Below, piece after piece: positions 49,271-58,197 of a DNA stretch of 64,000 bases; position 1 is the stretch's first letter, and every line of letters begins with the position of its first letter. Both the position numbers and the translations under genes were made by a program. Below the pieces are notes generated by a model that ran no database searches, was not told where the DNA came from, and saw only the letters and a list, made by a program, of their open reading frames with translations. The stretch is from NCBI GenBank assembly GCA_018714695.1, contig DVNB01000024.1, forward strand, positions 2,563-66,562, given 5' to 3'. This stretch comes from Candidatus Ornithomonoglobus merdipullorum (lineage in GTDB: Bacteria > Bacillota > Clostridia > UBA1381).

Positions 49271-50333
49271 AATAATAGGAGTAAGATTTAAGCCTGTAGG
49301 CAAGATGTACTATTTCGATCCGCTCGGCTTTGATATAAAAAAGGGCGACAGCGTCATAGTGGAGACCAGCAGGGGCATAGAGTACGGCGAGGTAGTGCGG
49401 GGCGTGATGGATGTAAGCGACAACAGCGTTGTTAAGCCTTTAAAAGGCGTCCTGAGAATGGCTACGGACGAGGATGTAAAAAGACATATAGAGAATAAGG
49501 AAAAGGAAAAAGAGGCATATAAGATATGTGTTGAAAAGATAAGCGAGCATGGCCTTGAAATGAAGCTGATAGAGGTCGAGTACGCATTCGACCGCAACAA
49601 AATATTATTCTATTTTACGGCGGACGGACGAGTTGATTTCAGAGAGCTTGTAAAGGATCTGGCTGCCGTTTTCCGCACAAGGATAGAGCTTCGTCAGATA
49701 GGCGTGCGTGACGAGTCAAAGACACGCGGATCCATCGGGATATGCGGCAGGAGTCTATGCTGCTCACAGTTTCTTGACGAGTTTGTGCCGGTGTCGATAA
49801 AGATGGCTAAGGAGCAGGGTCTGTCACTTAACCCTTCAAAGATCTCCGGGACATGCGGAAGGCTCATGTGCTGTTTAAAATACGAGCAGGACACCTACGA
49901 GGCTCTTATAGAAGCGTCTCCGAAGGCAGGAGCAAAGGTTATGACCCCGGATGGCGAGGGTACCGTTGTAAGCGTTGCGCTGCTGCGGGGAAAGGTGCGC
50001 GTCAGATTCGGCAGTGACGATGATATGACGCAGAAGGATTACGATGTTTCGGAAATAAATGCCGGAGCCGGCAATGCCGTGAAAAGCGCTGTCCCGGATG
50101 AGGACGATATGTATGACGAGACAGAGCCGGAAAGGATCCATGAGGAACCTGAAAAGCCCGAGAAGAAAAGGGAAGCCGGGGGCGCGCGCGATAAAAGAAA
50201 GCCGCGGGGCGGCAGGCAGCAGGGGAACAGACAGAAGACCGGTCCGGCTGAGAAAGACGGCTCGGCGGAGCGGATCCGCGGCAGAAAGAGCTTCAAAGGC
50301 AGACCGAAGGGAAGTAAAACGGAACAGCGCTGA
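49263..50333 (+). CDS. ricT: PSP1-domain protein RicT/YaaT with a long basic C-terminal tail
   Basis: 356 aa, IGVRFKPVGKMYYFD...RELVKDLAAVFRTRIELRQIGVRDE...GICGRSLCC...GTCGRLMCCL. A ~90-aa Lys/Arg/Glu/Gly-rich tail follows. Confidence 0.85.
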   Translation: MTKIIGVRFKPVGKMYYFDPLGFDIKKGDSVIVETSRGIEYGEVVRGVMDVSDNSVVKPLKGVLRMATDEDVKRHIENKEKEKEAYKICVEKISEHGLEMKLIEVEYAFDRNKILFYFTADGRVDFRELVKDLAAVFRTRIELRQIGVRDESKTRGSIGICGRSLCCSQFLDEFVPVSIKMAKEQGLSLNPSKISGTCGRLMCCLKYEQDTYEALIEASPKAGAKVMTPDGEGTVVSVALLRGKVRVRFGSDDDMTQKDYDVSEINAGAGNAVKSAVPDEDDMYDETEPERIHEEPEKPEKKREAGGARDKRKPRGGRQQGNRQKTGPAEKDGSAERIRGRKSFKGRPKGSKTEQR

Positions 50334-50419
50334 TGTGTTGAAATTCACTAAAATTTTGACAGTTATACGCCTAAAGATTATATTGACAATAAAAAATAAA
50401 AATAATTTTTATTTTACAC

Positions 50420-50448
50420 TTGAAGTTCTGGCGGATAGGTGGTATAAT
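50420..50448 (+). promoter_or_regulatory. ferredoxin promoter
   Basis: TTGAAG, 17 nt, then TGGTATAAT (extended -10). Confidence 0.5.
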
Positions 50449-50494
50449 CAAGATAGACGAAAGTCTGCAATAATTCTTTCAGGAGGTAATAGCC

Positions 50495-50668
50495 ATGGCT
50501 TACAAAATTGATGCGGATACATGCATCAGCTGCGGCGCATGCGCGGCTGAGTGTCCGGTAAGTGCGATCTCGGAAGGCGACAGCGCATACGTTATAGATG
50601 CTGATACATGCATTGAGTGCGGCGCATGTGCAAGCGCTTGCCCGGTTGGCGCACCGGCGGCTGAATGA
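50495..50668 (+). CDS. fdx: 2x[4Fe-4S] ferredoxin
   Basis: 57 aa, below the track cutoff: MAYKIDADTCISCGACAAECPVSAISEGDSAYVIDADTCIECGACASACPVGAPAAE. Two CxxCxxCxxxCP motifs and an AGGAGG SD. Confidence 0.93.
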   Translation: MAYKIDADTCISCGACAAECPVSAISEGDSAYVIDADTCIECGACASACPVGAPAAE

Positions 50669-50895
50669 TTCAATATTGGGAAGGGGCGGCTTTTGGTGTT
50701 TCCGATGCTTGCGGGAGACATAAGGACGCCCCTTTTACTTCTATCCGCATTATTTTGCAGCTGCTGTCCGATATCGGGCGGTGAAACGGCTGGGGTATAT
50801 CGTTATTGCAGTTGATGCTTTGCTGCGGAGCGCGGACTCGATCGGCCCGCGTCCGCGGAATAAATGTTTTGCGTATATTTGATGAAAGGATTCTT

Positions 50896-52824
50896 ATGTT
50901 TGGGAAGTTTGGAAGGAAGATCGTATCGTTGACGGCTGCCGTAACGCTGCTTGCAATGCTTGTCGGATGCAGCGACAGCGTTATAGTTCAGGAGGAGGTC
51001 AAGCGCAGGGAGTCCACGGGTGAAACGTGGACCGTGATGATATATATGTGCGGATCGACTTTAGAGGAGGACCACGGCAGGGCGAGCGAGGTGCTCGGAT
51101 CGCTGTCATATGATCTGCCGGAGAATATAAACGTGGTCGTGGAGACCGGCGGAAGCCGCAAATGGAATACCGAGGATATATACAGTGAGTATATTCAGGA
51201 TTTTGAAGTACAGAAAAACGGAATAAGGCTTGTAAATCAAAAACCTTCACAGAATATGGGAAGCTCGGATACTCTGCGCGACTTTTTTGAATGGGGGATG
51301 GATATGCATCCCGCAGAAAATTATATCGGAGTTATATGGGATCACGGCGGAGGGCCTATGGGCGGCGCCGCATATGATTCAAACAATGAATTTGACAGCC
51401 TGAAGCCGGAGGAGATAAGGGACGCGTTGAGCGGACTGGACTCCGGGCTTGATATAATAGGATTTGACGCGAGCCTTATGTCAAATCTTGAGACGGCGTC
51501 GGCTCTGTCATTGTATGCCGATTATCTTGTCGCGTCTGAGGATGTTATGCCAATGAGCGGCTGGGATTACAGAGCGCTGTTCGACTATATATCAAATAAC
51601 CCGTCGGCGTCATCGGCAGAGGTCGGGGCAGCCATTTGTGACGGCGTGAAAAATATTGCCGGTGAGCACGAACGCGAGCTGGTATCTATGGCGGTCACAG
51701 ATCTTGCCAATATAACAACGCTTACCTTGGCGTTTGACGGTATGGCGGAGGTCATGGTAAACGCCGCGGACAGCATAGAAGGGCTTTGGGATATCTCATA
51801 TGCGATGAACGAGCTTGAATATCTCGGGGGCAATTCGCAGTGGGAAGGATATTCAAATCTTATAGATCTCGGAGAACTGACGAATGTGGTCACTGAGCAG
51901 GTGGGAAGCCCGGCTGCAAATATAGCAAACGCAATAAGCAGCGTAGTGGTATATAGGGCGATGAGTGATTATCACAACATGTCGGGCGGTCTGAGCGTGT
52001 ATTATCCGCACCACCGCGAGACGGAGGAGATCTCGGAGTATCGTGATATATGCATGAGCGCGAACTACATGGAGTTTATCGAGAAGCTGTGTATAGATAC
52101 CGAGATAGAAGGAAGGCTAAATAATTTTGAGGATGCCGGAGCATGGGCGGAGTACAGCGAGCTGTCGAAGACGAACACCATGAGCGCCGATACGAACGCC
52201 AATGGAATGTATGTGCTCGAGGCGGCTCATCCGGAAATAATAACGCGCGCCGGTGTGAATTTCTATATGTACAGCGCCGATCATCAGGGTTATCTGTATC
52301 TTTACAGGGATTATAACACGAAGTACGATGCGGAGAGCGGCGGATATGTTTACGAGCCGTCCGGAAGACTGCCGAGACTGAACAGCACACCTGTGGCGAT
52401 GTATCTTGTAAGTCAGAATACATGCTTTGACCTCTATTCTATCCCGGTCATATACGAGGGCGAAAGAGCGAATATACGTGTGACCAGATCGAAACAGTCC
52501 GATAATTACGGAGAATATACGATACTTGGGCTCTGGAGGGGTGTAGATCCCGAATCAGGCATGGCGGACAGGTGGTATAAGCAGCTCAGTAGCGGAGATG
52601 TTGTAACGCCGATATACGAGATGTACGGCGGAGAGAATGGAGCTTATGTTGAGGGCGGCGATATCCGCATAGGCTTCACCGGCGCGAAGATCACCGAAAA
52701 TCTTATGGACGACGGTGATTATATAGTATCGTATACCGCGGAGGATCTTTACGGCATCACGTATGAATGCGATACGAACAACCTGACCTCAACAAAGGGA
52801 ACGATCAGGATAATGAATTATTAA
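50896..52824 (+). CDS. clostripain (peptidase C11)-like lipoprotein with Ser at the expected catalytic Cys position
   Basis: 642 aa from the ATG at 50896. Lipobox LLAMLVGC. C11-like core WTVMIYMCGS...VIWDHGGG...IIGFDASLMSNLE. The codon at 51472-51474 is AGC (Ser). Confidence 0.65.
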   Translation: MFGKFGRKIVSLTAAVTLLAMLVGCSDSVIVQEEVKRRESTGETWTVMIYMCGSTLEEDHGRASEVLGSLSYDLPENINVVVETGGSRKWNTEDIYSEYIQDFEVQKNGIRLVNQKPSQNMGSSDTLRDFFEWGMDMHPAENYIGVIWDHGGGPMGGAAYDSNNEFDSLKPEEIRDALSGLDSGLDIIGFDASLMSNLETASALSLYADYLVASEDVMPMSGWDYRALFDYISNNPSASSAEVGAAICDGVKNIAGEHERELVSMAVTDLANITTLTLAFDGMAEVMVNAADSIEGLWDISYAMNELEYLGGNSQWEGYSNLIDLGELTNVVTEQVGSPAANIANAISSVVVYRAMSDYHNMSGGLSVYYPHHRETEEISEYRDICMSANYMEFIEKLCIDTEIEGRLNNFEDAGAWAEYSELSKTNTMSADTNANGMYVLEAAHPEIITRAGVNFYMYSADHQGYLYLYRDYNTKYDAESGGYVYEPSGRLPRLNSTPVAMYLVSQNTCFDLYSIPVIYEGERANIRVTRSKQSDNYGEYTILGLWRGVDPESGMADRWYKQLSSGDVVTPIYEMYGGENGAYVEGGDIRIGFTGAKITENLMDDGDYIVSYTAEDLYGITYECDTNNLTSTKGTIRIMNY

Positions 52825-52864
52825 ATACTCCCGCTTTTGCGGATAAATACGGAAGGACATATAT

Positions 52865-54199
52865 ATGAGAAGGCTTATGGCAATTTGGGCAGGAAAGCTT
52901 CTTACGGCTGCGGGCAGGCTTGCAGGGAAAAAATCATCTGCTAGCCCCGGAGCCGTCGCGCTTAAGCTCTGCCCGACGCTTATAGACGATGTAAACAAAC
53001 GCGTGCGCAGGAAGGTGATAGTCACCTGCGGAACGAACGGAAAAACGACAACAAACAACCTAATGTGCTCTGCGCTCGAGGCGAAGGGATACAAGGTGCT
53101 CTGCAACCGTCTCGGCGCCAATATGACGAGCGGTATAGCCACGGCATACGTTCAGGCTGCCGATATATTCGGCAGATTGAGCGCGGATTATGCGTGCCTT
53201 GAGATCGACGAGGCGTATACCCCGATAGTTTTTAAGCGTATAAAGCCGGATATAATGATTATAACGAATCTGTTCAGGGATCAGCTCGACCGTTACGGCG
53301 AGATAGATATAACCATCGACATCCTAAAGCGCGCCATAGCCGAGGCGGGCAGGGTAAAGACTGTATTGAATGCCGACGATCCGCTGTGTGTGCAGTTCGG
53401 GAGAGAGGAGAATGCCGATCCGGTATATTACGGTATCTCTGAAAAAGTCCTGCCGCAGACGGACGATACGAAGGAGGGCAGGTTCTGCCCGATATGCGGC
53501 GAGGAGCTTGATTTTAACTTTTATCACTACAGTCAGCTCGGTGATTACAGATGCCCGAAATGCGGCTACAGCCGTCCCGCGCCGGAGTATGACGTGAGAA
53601 ATATTTCTCTTAAGACACCTATGAGGTTTACGATAAACGGTGAGCCCATGGAGGTTAATTATAAGGGCTTTTACAATATATATAATCTGGCTGCCGTGTA
53701 CGCCGCTCTCGATGCGGCGGGCGAGAGCACCGATGATTTTGAAAGGGTGCTGGAAAGCTACAAGCCGCAGATAGGCAGGATGCAGGAGTTTTCATTCAAT
53801 AAGCCTGTGATACTCAGTCTTTCAAAGAATCCTGCCGGTTTCAATCAGGCTATAGCTACAGTCAATACGGACGACAGGAAAAAGGACGTTATAATCGCTA
53901 TAAACGACCTCGCAAACGACGGGCGCGACGTTTCATGGCTCTGGGATGTCGATTTCCACAAGATAGAGAATGAAAAGCTCAAAAGGCTCATTACGACAGG
54001 CATACGCGTCTATGATATAAGTCTGAGGTTCAAATATGCCGATATAGAGGTGGACATGATGACCGACAGCATGAAGGCTGCCGTGACCTCGGCGCTTGCG
54101 GATGACAGCGAGGTCGTGTATATACTTGTTAATTATACGGCTCTCTATCCGACGGAAGCAGTATTGAAGTCGCTTGAGGGAGGAAAACGGGATGAGTGA
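52865..54199 (+). CDS. murT: lipid II isoglutaminyl synthase, Mur-ligase-like subunit MurT
   Basis: 444 aa with a P-loop (VTCGTNGKTTTNNL), a Cys4 ribbon (CPICGEEL...CPKCG) and a C-terminal DUF1727-like region. Confidence 0.88.
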   Translation: MRRLMAIWAGKLLTAAGRLAGKKSSASPGAVALKLCPTLIDDVNKRVRRKVIVTCGTNGKTTTNNLMCSALEAKGYKVLCNRLGANMTSGIATAYVQAADIFGRLSADYACLEIDEAYTPIVFKRIKPDIMIITNLFRDQLDRYGEIDITIDILKRAIAEAGRVKTVLNADDPLCVQFGREENADPVYYGISEKVLPQTDDTKEGRFCPICGEELDFNFYHYSQLGDYRCPKCGYSRPAPEYDVRNISLKTPMRFTINGEPMEVNYKGFYNIYNLAAVYAALDAAGESTDDFERVLESYKPQIGRMQEFSFNKPVILSLSKNPAGFNQAIATVNTDDRKKDVIIAINDLANDGRDVSWLWDVDFHKIENEKLKRLITTGIRVYDISLRFKYADIEVDMMTDSMKAAVTSALADDSEVVYILVNYTALYPTEAVLKSLEGGKRDE

Positions 54200-54926
54200 T
54201 ATGAAGATAAAGATAATGCATCTGTATCCCGATCTCCTAAACCTGTACGGAGACAGGGGAAATATAGAGTGCCTGAAAAGAAGGCTCATATGGAGAGGGA
54301 TAGATGCCGAGGTCGTGAGCCATACATGTGACGACAGCGGCTTTGATCTGTCGGATGTCGATATACTCTTTCTCGGCGGCGGTTCGGACAGGGAGCAGAA
54401 GATAGTATGCTCCAGGCTGCTTGAGCATAAGGCGGAGATAAGCGGATTTGCCGAGAACGGCGGTTCGATAGTTGCCGTATGCGGCGGATATCAGCTGCTC
54501 GGACGATACTACAAGCTTGAGGATGAGACCATAGAGGGCCTGGGCATACTTGATATATATACGGAGCAGGGCAGCAAGCGGCTGATCGGGAACATAGTTC
54601 TCGAGTCCGAGCTTGCGGGCGGATACATCGTTGGATTTGAGAATCATGGCGGAAGAACTCACATAGGCTCTCATAAGCCATTGGGAAAGGTCGTTTACGG
54701 GCACGGCAACGACGAGACGTCGGGTGCGGAAGGTGTCGTGTATAAAAATGTTGTCGCGACGTATCTTCACGGCCCGCTTCTTCCGAAAAATCCGAAGCTC
54801 TGTGACCATATATTAAAAAACGCGCTGATCCGTAAATACGGCGGAGGAGTGGAGCTTGCTCCGCTGGACGATGAGCTTGAGAATAAGGCAAACGAGTATA
54901 TAGTGAACAGATTTGTAAAGAAATGA
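54192..54926 (+). CDS. gatD: lipid II isoglutaminyl synthase, glutaminase subunit GatD
   Basis: 244 aa from the ATG at 54192, an 8-nt overlap with murT. YPDLLNLYGDRGN, and the catalytic Cys in VAVCGGYQLLG. Confidence 0.88.
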   Translation: MSDMKIKIMHLYPDLLNLYGDRGNIECLKRRLIWRGIDAEVVSHTCDDSGFDLSDVDILFLGGGSDREQKIVCSRLLEHKAEISGFAENGGSIVAVCGGYQLLGRYYKLEDETIEGLGILDIYTEQGSKRLIGNIVLESELAGGYIVGFENHGGRTHIGSHKPLGKVVYGHGNDETSGAEGVVYKNVVATYLHGPLLPKNPKLCDHILKNALIRKYGGGVELAPLDDELENKANEYIVNRFVKK

Positions 54927-54956
54927 ACGGACAAACGTAAACAAACTATAAATTAT

Positions 54957-54988
54957 GGGGGGATCTTGTTGACAGTATCCCCCTTTTT
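54957..54988 (+). terminator. intrinsic terminator
   Basis: GGGGGAT-cttgttgacagt-ATCCCCC followed by TTTTT. Confidence 0.7.
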
Positions 54989-55086
54989 ATTATAGTATAT
55001 AAAAAGCACAAAACATATAACCGGGACGCTGCAAGTCGACAGATATACAGCAGCCCGAGCTTTGTTTGCGGATAGGACTGATATAG

Positions 55087-56844
55087 ATGCATATTGTAGA
55101 ACAATTGAATAAAAAAATCGGCGGAAAGCTGTCGGCAAAACGGAAGGCGATACTTGCGGGAGCGTGTGCCGCGGCTGCGGTACTATGTGTTTTGCTGTAC
55201 GTTTCCGTTGAGACGTATAACGACGGCTTGGAGGTCGAGAACGGCACGGGCAGACTCGTGACAAGATTCCCGATATACAAGGACAGCGTCTTTTCCGGCT
55301 GGGAGCCTGACACGGGAATACTGCTGTCGTGGCATGATAAAACGATAGAGATCGGAGAAGAGAGCGAGGTCTCGCTGGGCGGCGTGCTCTATCCGGTAAC
55401 GACAAGGGACAGAACGCTCGAGTACAGCTCGTCAAACAATGATATCGCTGAGGTGGACAACGAGGGAAACATTACGGTGAAGAATCCGGGCAGTGTTGAG
55501 ATAACCGTGAGCAATGAATATACGGGACAGAGCTCCAAGGCGTATCTGCAGGTCGTACAGCCCGTAGAGGACTTCTTTCTGCAAAAGAGCACCATAACTC
55601 TTTACACCACCGATACCGGCGTAAGGCTTGCGTCCGAGGTGGTGCCGGATAACGCGTCGAATACGGCTGTACAGTGGTATTCGAAGGATACCGATATAGT
55701 GGAGGTAGATCAGACGGGAAGGCTCAAGCCGATAAATACGGGTATGACGGAGGTAGTTGCAAGGACCACCGACGGCGGCTTCACGGGCAAATGCTTTGTA
55801 AATGTTATAGAAGAGGTAATAAAGGCAGAATCGGTAACGATACAGAACAAGGAGGATGTGCAGCTGAGCCGCGGCGAAACGTGGATCGCGGCAGTTTCTG
55901 TGCTGCCGTCCAACGCGAAAAACAAAACGGTAAGCTGGTCCTCCGACAATGAGGATGTCGCCACTGTCACGCAGACCGGAAAGGTCACGGCAGTGGGCGC
56001 CGGAACGGCGGTAATAACCGCCCAAAGTCCGGACGGACCGTCCGACACGGTCGAGATCACCGTAAGCGGAACGGGCAGCGGAAATGTTATCGATATGAAC
56101 GGCACAGGCGCTTCCGAGGGCGGTGTTACGTATGTTACGTATGACATGACGCTCGAGGATATGGCGGCGCTGCAGATGACGCTCAGCCCCGCACCCAAGA
56201 ACGGCTCGGGAGGCGGCGCGTCGCTTGAGGATGTAACTGACTATCTTGACCCGAACCAGTTCTCCGCAGGCGCGTACAAGTATCAGTTCCTCGATCTTTC
56301 ACATTATAACGGTATAAGCGAGGATGAGCTGAACGCATATCTTGAGAACAAGGGAATACTCCGCGGTCAGGCTGCGGCGTTTATAGAGGCGGCAAGGACG
56401 TATAACATAAGTGAGATATATCTTGTGGCGCATGCGTGTCTTGAGACCGGAAACGGAACATCACAGCTCGCATCGGGAGTTGAGGTCAACGGCGTTACCG
56501 TGTATAACATGTACGGAATAGCGGCATACGACAACAGCGCGCTCTCGTCAGGCTCGCAGAAGGCATACAAGGAGGGCTGGACCAGCCCCGAGGCGGCGAT
56601 AATAGGCGGAGCCGCATGGATAAGCGAGTATTATATAAACTCTGCTGACGGGCGCCAGAACACGCTCTACAAGATGCGCTGGAATCCCGATAACCCGGGT
56701 GAGCACATGTATGCGACCGATATAGAATGGGCAGTGAAGCAGGCGGTAATAATAGATAGACTCGCCTCGCAGTTCCCGGACGCGTCATTCGCATATGAGA
56801 TACCGGTATACAGCGGCTCGAACGCTGCGGTGATAGAGGAATGA
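55087..56844 (+). CDS. membrane-anchored Big_2-repeat N-acetylglucosaminidase (GH73 autolysin)
   Basis: 585 aa with an N-terminal TM helix and three or four Big_2-like repeats (for example SSNNDIAEVDNEGNITVKNPGSVEITV). C-terminal glucosaminidase motif YLVAHACLETGNGTS. Confidence 0.85.
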   Translation: MHIVEQLNKKIGGKLSAKRKAILAGACAAAAVLCVLLYVSVETYNDGLEVENGTGRLVTRFPIYKDSVFSGWEPDTGILLSWHDKTIEIGEESEVSLGGVLYPVTTRDRTLEYSSSNNDIAEVDNEGNITVKNPGSVEITVSNEYTGQSSKAYLQVVQPVEDFFLQKSTITLYTTDTGVRLASEVVPDNASNTAVQWYSKDTDIVEVDQTGRLKPINTGMTEVVARTTDGGFTGKCFVNVIEEVIKAESVTIQNKEDVQLSRGETWIAAVSVLPSNAKNKTVSWSSDNEDVATVTQTGKVTAVGAGTAVITAQSPDGPSDTVEITVSGTGSGNVIDMNGTGASEGGVTYVTYDMTLEDMAALQMTLSPAPKNGSGGGASLEDVTDYLDPNQFSAGAYKYQFLDLSHYNGISEDELNAYLENKGILRGQAAAFIEAARTYNISEIYLVAHACLETGNGTSQLASGVEVNGVTVYNMYGIAAYDNSALSSGSQKAYKEGWTSPEAAIIGGAAWISEYYINSADGRQNTLYKMRWNPDNPGEHMYATDIEWAVKQAVIIDRLASQFPDASFAYEIPVYSGSNAAVIEE

Positions 56845-56868
56845 GAAAATAAAATATTCCAAAAGCTA

Positions 56869-56907
56869 AAAGACTCAAGCTTACATTTTCAAGCTTGAGT
56901 CTTTTTA
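56869..56907 (+). terminator. intrinsic terminator
   Basis: AAAGACTCAAGCTT-acattttc-AAGCTTGAGTCTTT followed by TT. Confidence 0.7.
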
Positions 56908-56957
56908 ACGTCTGCACAATTTAGTGATATTGCACATCAGACAGTTATTTTTTTAAT

Positions 56958-57183
56958 GCACGGACAAATCATAGAGTTCATGAGGTGCGGTATTTTAATC
57001 ATATTGGCAGATTATGCAAGCCTCCGCTGAAAGGGGAGGGGGACCGGCGGAGCCGGTGGAGGGGTTCCGCTGTATGAACTGTAGCGGAAAAGGCAAAACC
57101 CCTCAGTCAGCTTCGCTGCCAGCTCCCCTTTCAGAGGAGCCTTGGTAGTGTTGCAGCTTTGTGTTCACGAAAAATTCACTTAA
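56958..57183. repeat. multi-hairpin intergenic repeat, copy B (inverted relative to copy A at 5365-5603)
   Basis: See copy A. Hairpins are CCTCCGCT-gaa-AGGGGAGG, CCGGCGG-ag-CCGGTGG, TTCCGCT-gtatgaactgt-AGCGGAA and CTCCCCT-ttc-AGAGGAG. Confidence 0.8.
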
Positions 57184-57221
57184 ATGTCCTGCATATTAGC
57201 GGCGCTTTTTTTGATGTGCAG

Positions 57222-57527
57222 TCATACCAGCGTTTTCAAAAAGCGGAGCAGGCTATCCGCCTTATCCTGTGAAAGCATCCGAAAGCACTCAACAAGTTCT
57301 TTTTCATCCTTGGTGAGGAAAGCGGCGGTATCTGACTCATTGAAAAGCTCCGAGAGCGAGAGCCCGAGCGGCTTTGCCAACCGGCTAAGCGTATCAAACG
57401 ACGGATTGCGGTCGCCGCGCTCCAGATCTCGTATATGTGTCTCGGATATACCGGACATCTGAGACAATCTATAGACACTGATATTTTTTGATTTTCTTAC
57501 GGTTCTCAATCTTTCGGCTATATCCAT
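57222..57527 (-). CDS. XRE-family helix-turn-helix transcriptional regulator
   Basis: 101 aa, ERLRTVRKSKNISVYRLSQMSGISETHIRDLERGDRNPSFDTLSRLAKPLGLSLSELF. Confidence 0.85.
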   Translation of the reverse strand: MDIAERLRTVRKSKNISVYRLSQMSGISETHIRDLERGDRNPSFDTLSRLAKPLGLSLSELFNESDTAAFLTKDEKELVECFRMLSQDKADSLLRFLKTLV

Positions 57528-57592
57528 ATCGTCAATCTCACCTCAGCAATATTATAGTCCAATTCAGCGCTGAAGATAAGCCAAATAATGCG

Positions 57593-57621
57593 TTGACAAA
57601 ACATAAATATTGCGCTATAAT
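57593..57621 (+). promoter_or_regulatory. promoter of the SLOG gene
   Basis: TTGACA, 17 nt, then TATAAT. The direct repeat ATATTGCG occurs at 57609 and 57640. Confidence 0.5.
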
Positions 57622-57679
57622 AAGAATGATATTGCGTGGTATTGATTAGGTAAAAGTGCTTGAAAGGATGTGGTATTAT

Positions 57680-58021
57680 ATGAAATTATTGATAGCCGGA
57701 TCAAGATCGATAAAGGAATTTGACATAGCGCCGTATATCCCCGAAGGAACGGATCATATAATAAGCGGCGGTGCGGCGGGAATAGACGCATTAGCCGAGA
57801 AATACGCTGATGAACACAGACTGTCAAAAACAATACTGCGTCCGAAATATGCTATATATAAAAGGGGAGCGCCGTTAAAAAGAAATAAAAAAAAGATCGA
57901 AATGGCTGATCATATTTTGGCAGTTTGGGACGGAAGCTCACGCGGAACAAAACAGACAATCGATTATGCGGTGAAGCTGGGGAAGAAAATAACGGTGGTC
58001 AAGATAGTGAATGAAATATAA
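57680..58021 (+). CDS. DUF2493-like SLOG-superfamily protein
   Basis: 113 aa from the ATG at 57680, LLIAGSRS...IISGGAAGIDALAEKYA...GAPLKRNKKKIEMADHILAVWDGSSRGTKQTIDYAVKLGKKITVV. This pattern matches my memory of DUF2493/DprA-like SLOG proteins from phages and plasmids. Confidence 0.55.
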   Translation: MKLLIAGSRSIKEFDIAPYIPEGTDHIISGGAAGIDALAEKYADEHRLSKTILRPKYAIYKRGAPLKRNKKKIEMADHILAVWDGSSRGTKQTIDYAVKLGKKITVVKIVNEI

Positions 58022-58117
58022 GCTGAAAGTTCTTTAACGTTAAAGTCTCTAAAGGAGATTAAAATATAAACGTTTCGTATACTTTACGCACTTCTTGTTT
58101 TTTTCTTGACAAAGGTA

Positions 58118-58146
58118 TTGCAAATGCATGGCATTCATGATAAAAT
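58118..58146 (+). promoter_or_regulatory. galT promoter
   Basis: TTGCAA, 17 nt, then TGATAAAAT (extended -10). Confidence 0.45.
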
Positions 58147-58197
58147 ATTCTTAGCATAAAACCGGGAGAGGGACACCCGGAGAAAGGTGAAATTAAT

